The notes beneath the pieces were generated by a model, which did no database searches, was not told where the DNA came from, and saw only the letters and a program-made list of their open reading frames with translations. This document shows positions 57,114 to 64,000 of a stretch of 64,000 nucleotides of DNA, piece after piece. Position 1 is the stretch's first letter; each line of letters opens with the position of its first letter. The position numbers and the translations under genes are program-made. The stretch is from NCBI GenBank assembly GCA_964016885.1, contig OZ024740.1, forward strand, positions 299,336,001 to 299,400,000, written 5' to 3'. This DNA is from Eledone cirrhosa. Taxonomy: Eukaryota.

Positions 57114-60100
57114 AATAATAATAATAATAATAATAATGATTTCATTTATTAGCCACCAGGGCCGACATGTAGGGGACAATACAAAGACGGGAACAGTGGG
57201 GGTTTACAATAAGGTGGAGTAAAAGTGCACAATGGCAAGACTAATTTAACAATGAAAATATAAAAATATAAAATAAACTATGCATAAATATAACAAAATA
57301 AATTCCCCGATAAGGGGTGTACGACCCTGGGGGTGCTTCAGGTACCCCACCAATCCTGAACCACCCTGCACTTCTAGGGCACCCAGGGAGAGCACCCCTC
57401 TCCTCAAGTTAGCTAGCCTATAGGCGCATGGTCAGAGTAGGCCCATTCACACGAGCCATTCTCGTTACATTCACCCACCTTTTAGCAAATGTACTGGGGG
57501 GCAGCACTTCTATCTTCACCCTCACCTTCCTTTCCAGGTGAAACTTGAAGAAGTTGATGAGGGATTGGCCGAAGAGAAAAGTGTCTGTCTTTAGTCCTTT
57601 CAACCTGGTCCACCATATAATCTCTTTCGCAACTGCCACCAGACAGGAAAATTTCCTGCTCTTCCTGACCTAAGGAAGGCGGTGGATCGATCTTCACTAT
57701 GGACTCGGCCGATAGCCGGATTCGTTCCACACGCGACAGTAGCTGTTCGACATAACTCCACAAGTCAGTAATGCACGGACATTGGACAAGTGCGTGCAGA
57801 ACGGTTTCGTCGTTCTGTGCGCATCTTGGGCAGGTCCGTCTGACAGCACTTCCGTGCCTGTAGAGTTTATCCCGAACAAGCAGTGCCCCCCGGTAGCACT
57901 GCCAAGCGAGGGATTTCTGGAAATTGTCCATCGTCCCCGGCTCAAAAGTCCTCCGGTACAGACTCGTCAGTTCGACTTCGTCGAGGCCCAAAGCTTCTCC
58001 GAGTGCGTCATCGCACTTGCCCACCACTAATCCTCTATAGAACTCGAGAGTGGAAGTTCCACTGATCGCATTGCCCGCTTGGTAGAGGGCAGTGAGTGCC
58101 TGGCAACAGTCCAGGTGCCAGTCACCCAGTGTCGGTCTCTTCTTGACCCAGGACTGCAGCTCAGTCAAAGAAATGAGCTACGGAAAGGCCCGTCTGATAA
58201 ACGGCGACCACACCTGTTCACAGTTTAGGCAGAATATCTGGAGATGTCGCAGCCTCAACGCATATCTGCCCATCATTAGCCACGGCATGCCCAGTCCTCC
58301 GCGTAGAGGGTGCTGGCAGCAGATGGACCGCCTCACCAACGGAACTTGTCCCCTCCACAAAATTTGAAGAGGAGCCGTTCCAGCTTGACGAGGCACGGAC
58401 GGGGGCAAGGCACGACGGTCAGGCGGTAGTAGATGACGGACGCGATGTACGCATTCGCCACCTCCGCGCGACCTTTCAGTGATAGCTTCCTCCCAGCCCA
58501 TTTTGGGGTGAGACTGTCTACTTTGCTCGTTACCTCGTCCCAATTCTTTTCCACCTGGAGGTCTGGTCCGAACCAAACCCCAAGCAACTTTACCGGTCCG
58601 TCCGTCCACCGCCCCACGACGCTGTTGGACGGCATGGGCTTGCATTTCCAGGTTCCGAGCTGCTAGCCCACCGAACTTTCCGGGTTAAGTTTGGCTCCTG
58701 TCAACCTTTCATATTCCTTCAATAAGGTGCCGACCACCTCGATTTCTGAGGTGTTCGACACCATCACGGTGATGTCGTCCGCATAAGCCGACACCGCTTT
58801 TTCACGTCCCGGTTCGAGCGGGATGCCCTGCAACAGCTCCAGCCTCCGCAGTAAAGGCTCGAGAGTCAATACGTACAGAAGGGAAGAGAGAGGGCACCCT
58901 TGACGGACCGATCGGGAGAGCCGAAATGGTTCCGAGAAGTGGCCATTAACCTTGACCACCGAGCATGTGTCGCTGTGCATTGCAACGATCCTGCTTCTAA
59001 AGACAGGGCCGAAGCCAGCTGCTTTGAGGACAAATTCCAGATACCGATAGCCGACCCTATCGAATGCTTTCGATTGATCTAAATTGATCAGTGCCCCACC
59101 GAAGCCAGGTTTACACACTACCCTCTATATGATGTATCGCATGAGGTGGAGATTGTCGTGTATGGACCTGGCTGGGATTGCGCAAGTTTGCGCTTCCCCA
59201 ACCAAATCCTCGACGACAAGCGCCAATCTCTTTGCTAACACCCTGGCCAAAATCTTAAACTCTGTGTTGAGCAGAGTTATGGGCATGACGTTGTCTAATG
59301 TATCCCTCTTGTTCTCGTCTTTCCTTATCAGCGTCACCACTCCCCTGCTCACAGAACTGGGAATACTCCCATTCTGCTGCCAGTTGCAGTAGAGTGCTTC
59401 GAGGAGTTCGGAGAACAAGTCTGGCATATTTACGTAATGCTCGTAGGGCAGGCCATCCAAACCGGGTGACTTGCGCTCATGCATCCGACAAGGGCGTCCT
59501 GAATTTCGGCTGAAGTAATCGGCCTTTCGCAGCGCTCAGCGTCGACCGTCGAGATGCGCGGCAAGCCGTCAACGTAAGGACTGAAATCCGCTACTCTCTC
59601 TGACTCGCCACTCTCTCTGAACAACCGAGCAAAGTGCAGACGAAAGCCTCACACATCCGCTTGGAATCGCTTATCTCGTGTCCGTCTCGGTCCGCCAAAG
59701 ACCGAATTGTGGTTTTATTACCACGCTGCGCCTCCGCCACGTAGGCCCATCGAACAGCTGTAGTTCCCTCGTTTCTCAGCGCACGCGCCTTAGCTCTGAC
59801 AATGCAACCTTCGTGTTTGGCATTGAAGAAATGGTCTAATGCCATTCTCGCCGCTAGCACGTCAGTTGCGATGCCACTACAAATAGCCTCGTCTAACTTA
59901 TCTACCAGCTCCCCCTCCTTTCTATTTTTCGCTAACGCTAGTTCTTTGCTGAACTCTATCGAAGTTACTCTAATCTCTCTTTTGAGAGCCACCCACCATC
60001 TGTTGTTGATGATCCCCCTGTCAACTTTTCCTTAACTAAATTGTTGACTTACGTGCCGGAAATGACATGTTCAGCTTCCAGTAACCCGGTCCTAACCTAC

Positions 60101-60345
60101 GCGTTTTATTTAGGTCGACCGTACAGATCACAAATTTGTGATCTGAATAGGCGACCGTTTTAAAAAGTGGACAGCCCACACTATTTCTATCTATTTTCCT
60201 AATGAAGATCCTGTCTATATACGATCTAGATGACCCCATTCGGTTGGTCCATGTCCATACTGGCACATTGGGGAAATCTAGTTGATACCTGTCAGACAGT
60301 TGGAACTGGCTGAGTAGGTGCTTGAGGCTTTTGAACCCCCCGGCA
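57114..60345 (-). mobile_element. L1/Tx1-clade LINE, copy 2 (5'-truncated, degenerate, (ATT)n tail)
   Basis: APE C-terminus, RT motifs including YADD, C-terminal CPRCAQNDETVLHALVQC finger, 3' UTR, aataaa then (att)n; several frameshifts and stops. Confidence 0.92.
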
Positions 60346-60944
60346 CATGATGGATAGAGTGTTATGGAATCGCTCCCGTAAGTTTTTGATTTTTTACATA
60401 TTTAAAACAATTGTGATAGAATAATTCTTATTACAAATGAAACGTAAGATATCAATCTTGACTCTTAGGAAGTGGCAACGCATCACATTACAGCATAGGG
60501 CTCCAATATTTAATATTTAATTTAATATTTAATTTTGTACCAGAAATTTTATAGTCAGAAAAGAAAATGGCTAGAAAACAACAGCCAAATGACTTCACCA
60601 CCAGCACCACCACCACCGCCGCCGCCACCATCACCATCACCATTACCACAAAAAATCTAGCAAATACAAACCAGCACCATTCCTATAGTAGTGCTGTCCC
60701 ATCACCACCGCCACCACTGCATCATCGCTACCGCCACTATTCCCTCACTACTTAAGAGAGGGGTGGTGGTGCTGCTACACATGAAAAGAAGCGAGGAAGG
60801 TATCAAAAGATATAAATAGAGTGGGTTAGTGACTCAGTCAAACAGCTAACAACAACAACAACACCAAAATAATTATGTTCTTGTATCTCTAAACTCAAAA
60901 TGTTTAGTTTAAACGATGTCAAATCTAAACTATAATATAATAAT

Positions 60945-61220
60945 AATAATTGTTTCTGCTTTTGGCACGGGGACAGCAATTGTCCCGGTGTGTTGCAGGT
61001 GCTTTGTTGTGTCGGCCCCGTAGGGATGAAAGGAAAAAAAAAAAAAAAAAAATGTTTCTACTTTTGACACAAGGCCAGCAATATCCAATGCATCACTGGT
61101 ACTAATAATTGTTTCTACGTTAGGCACAAGGCCAACAATTATCCAGTGCATTACTGGTACTTTATTCTATCGACCCCGTAAGGATGAAAGGCAAAGTCAA
61201 CCTCGGCGGGATTTGAACTA
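60945..61220 (-). mobile_element. Three stacked truncated SINE-A tails
   Basis: tgtttctRc...caca/cacg tail at ~60951, ~61053 and ~61110; actaataat duplicated at 61101 and 61218. Confidence 0.75.
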
Positions 61221-61699
61221 ATAATGATAAGCAACAAGTCTATAGAACAGAACACAGACAGAAGCAAACGCAACAACAAACACAAATTTCAAGATTTTTG
61301 AACACAACAACCCCTACTTCCCTTAGCAGCAGCAACAACAACACTAGTAACCGATGTTACTGGCCTTGTAAAACGAAAAACGCAAAGGAAACAAACAAAC
61401 AAACAAACAAAAAAAAATCTAAGTCAGACATTCAAACATTACAATGAAACTTATGTTTATTTTTATTTTTTTAAGTTTTTATCTATTTATTTGTTTATTT
61501 ATTTATGTTCGTCTACAGCATGATGGTGCCACGCTAAAATCACCGGGGGTGATGAATTCACCGGTAGTTATGTAACCATACATTCATAAATCCTCGATAT
61601 GAGTGTTTAAATGTCGAACCTCAACAGTGCGAATAACGGTGAAGTGGAGACTGGAATGTCATGTGACAGATTCTCACCCAGCAGGTACTCCTGGCCCAA

Positions 61700-64000
61700 C
61701 AGCAGGGACCTGGTTGTCATCCAAATACTGCTGGTGTTGGAGGAATAAGAAGAAGGAAAAGGACCAGAACCAACTGGACGAAAGAATTGAATAGAACTGT
61801 TATGCAATGTTACCTGAAGAGTAACCCCAAGGAAAAAGGCTATAGGAAACGGATGCATAACATCTGGAACGAGATTGGTCTATTTAAATTAGATGAACAA
61901 AAATTGGCCAAGCAGGCTCGGGTAATAAGAACTAATGGGTGGATAAGCGAGCTGGAACTGGAGGAACTAAGCAGAGAGATTAGGTTGGAAATAGAGAGTG
62001 GAGTATGCCAGGCAAACGAGCCAGTGGGAAGTGAAGAGGTCGAGAGAACGGAGGAAGCATCCGAAGCAGACAATGATCTGAATGCTGAAATAAATAATAC
62101 CTGGAACAGAGATACGGCCATTGAGGAAATGAATGCTGACGGGATAGGACAATATTTGTTTGATATCCTAAACTTACTGGTAGATGAAATGAACAATGAT
62201 AGTGGGAAACCTATGAACCTAAGATTTGTAGACAGGAAAAAGTTAAAAGAAACAAAGGTAAACAAAGTCATTCCATACCTTAAGGTGAGGAGCAACAATA
62301 TCCTCAAAGCAACAGCAAATGCGGCGAGGAAATTACTTGGCATAAAAGCGAGAGGAAACAACAAACAAGAAAGATCAGAACCTTGGTGGAAGAAACGACT
62401 GAATGGTCAAATCAGGAAAATGAGAAATGACCTTGGAAAGCTTGAGTCCCTACTGAATGGAACACTAAAAAACATAGACACTAAAAATAGACTGGAAATA
62501 AAGTACAAAACTAGGAGGAAAAAGCTAAATATTATCATAGAGGAACTGAAGCAACGCATTGTAGCAAAGAGTGCAAAAATTAGGCGATATGAGAGCAGAG
62601 TCAGTCAGTATAGACAGAACCGCATGTTTGACAACAACCAGAAGATGTTGTTTGGACAGCTTGAAGGGAAAGAAAGAGGCAACGACTTGATCCCTGAGGC
62701 AGAACAAACTAAGATATTCTGGAGAGGAATATGGGAGCAGGATGTCGAACATAATGGTCAGGCAGTGTGGATTGAGACAGTACAAAAGGAGATTAGTGAA
62801 CATACACACCAACAAACTGATTTGAGTATCACAGTTGAAACTCTTAAAGGGCAGGCCAAAAAACTAACCAGCTGGAAATCACCAGGCCCAGATGGTGTGC
62901 AGGGGGTTTGGATTAAAAATATAACATCCCTCCACCCGAAACTGAAAACCAGGTTCAATGACTGCTTGATGTCGAGTGAGGTACCAGAGTGGTTGACAAA
63001 AGATACCACAGTTCGGGTAATGAAAGACAGAATCAAGGGTAATGATGTTACCAACTATAGACCTATCACATGTCTGTCCGTAATCTAGAAACTGTTAACA
63101 AGCATTGTGTCTGAGGAAATCTAACATCACCTCCACATAAACAACTTGTTACCGGATGAACAGAAAGGATGCCAAAAGAAGTCCCGTGGTACAAAAGACC
63201 AGTTACTTATTGAAAAGATGGTAATGAGGAATTGCAAGAGGAGACACACTGGTCTTGCCATGGGATGGATAGATTACAAAAAGGCATTCGACATGGTACC
63301 TCATTCTTGGATAACCAAAAGCCTAGAGATCTTCAAGGTGGCAGATAACATCAGACAGTTGTTGAGCAAAAGTATGAAGTCCTGGAAAACATCGGGTGGA
63401 GAATCCCTGGGAGGCGTGAAGATCAAGAGAGGTATCTTCCAGCGAGATAGTTTGTCCCCTTTGCTGTTTGTCCTTGCCCTGATACCCCTGACCATTACAT
63501 TGCGAAAAGTGAGTGCAGGATACAAGTTGGGAAAAGGAGAGCTTACCATGAACCACCACCTCTTCATGGACGATCTTAAACTCTTTGGGAAGAGTGAGAA
63601 GGAGTTGGATGTGCTTGTTAACACTGTCCGTATTTTCAGCAATGATATATGTATGGAATTTTGTATTAGTAAGTGTGGAGTCCTAGTGATGAAGAGGGGT
63701 AAATTGAGCAGAAGCAACGGTATCCAGGTACCAACAGGTGAGATGAGAAAGGAAATTGACACTGAAGAAGGATACAAATATTTAGGTGTTCTGGAGGCAG
63801 ATGACATCAAGAACAAAAAAAAAGGAAGGAATTGATAAGATCTGAGTACATTAGGAGAGTAAGGAGCGTATTAAAATCATATCTAAATAGTAGGAATGTC
63901 ATAAGTGCAGTGAATTCCGAGCTGAGTCTATTATTAGGTATAGTGCGGGAATTCTGAGATGGAATGTTGCTGAAGAAAAAGAAATGGATAGGAAGAATAG
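61700..64000 (+). pseudogene. R4/Dong-like non-LTR retrotransposon ORF (RT), with stops, runs off window
   Basis: N-terminal WTKELN..VMQCY..S.P...GYRKRM...W...EQ.LA.Q.R.I....W.SELELE; [56 protein letters not shown]; no APE domain; stops at ~63086 and ~63122, frameshift ~63830. Confidence 0.85.

Noticed and set aside
51577-63816. ORFs antisense to the LINE ORFs, and poly-E/K/F/S ORFs at 56.9-57.2 kb
   Set aside because: Shadow frames of LINE coding sequence and translations of (GAA)n.

Overview
AT-rich eukaryotic genomic DNA, very rich in (TA)n/(CA)n microsatellites and mobile-element debris; the style and SINE content suggest a cephalopod such as Octopus (inference, not verified). No host protein-coding gene is supported and most ORF-track entries are microsatellite or antisense artefacts. 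Recognisable coding remnants are all from transposable elements: Penelope-like (PLE) RT/GIY-YIG fragments, two L1/Tx1-clade LINEs, an R4/Dong-like LINE running off the right end, RTE and CRE-like LINE pieces, and a mariner remnant. Non-coding elements include two tRNA-derived SINE families, Tc1/mariner MITEs and non-autonomous Helitrons. The main hidden signal is a set of 11 type I hammerhead ribozyme motifs read by eye, 8 with the intact CUGANGA...GAAA...NUH core and 3 with U3, belonging to about 7 unrelated elements that almost all abut (TA)n. Nine lie between 42.8 and 50.3 kb. They include a ~315-nt circularly permuted, retrozyme-like family (27.4 kb and 43.0-43.6 kb), motifs with long stem II insertions and non-canonical 10.1-11.1 pairs, and a shared TYGAGTGCT-like motif 40-60 nt from several element 3' ends. 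All structures were folded by hand and need computational and biochemical confirmation.
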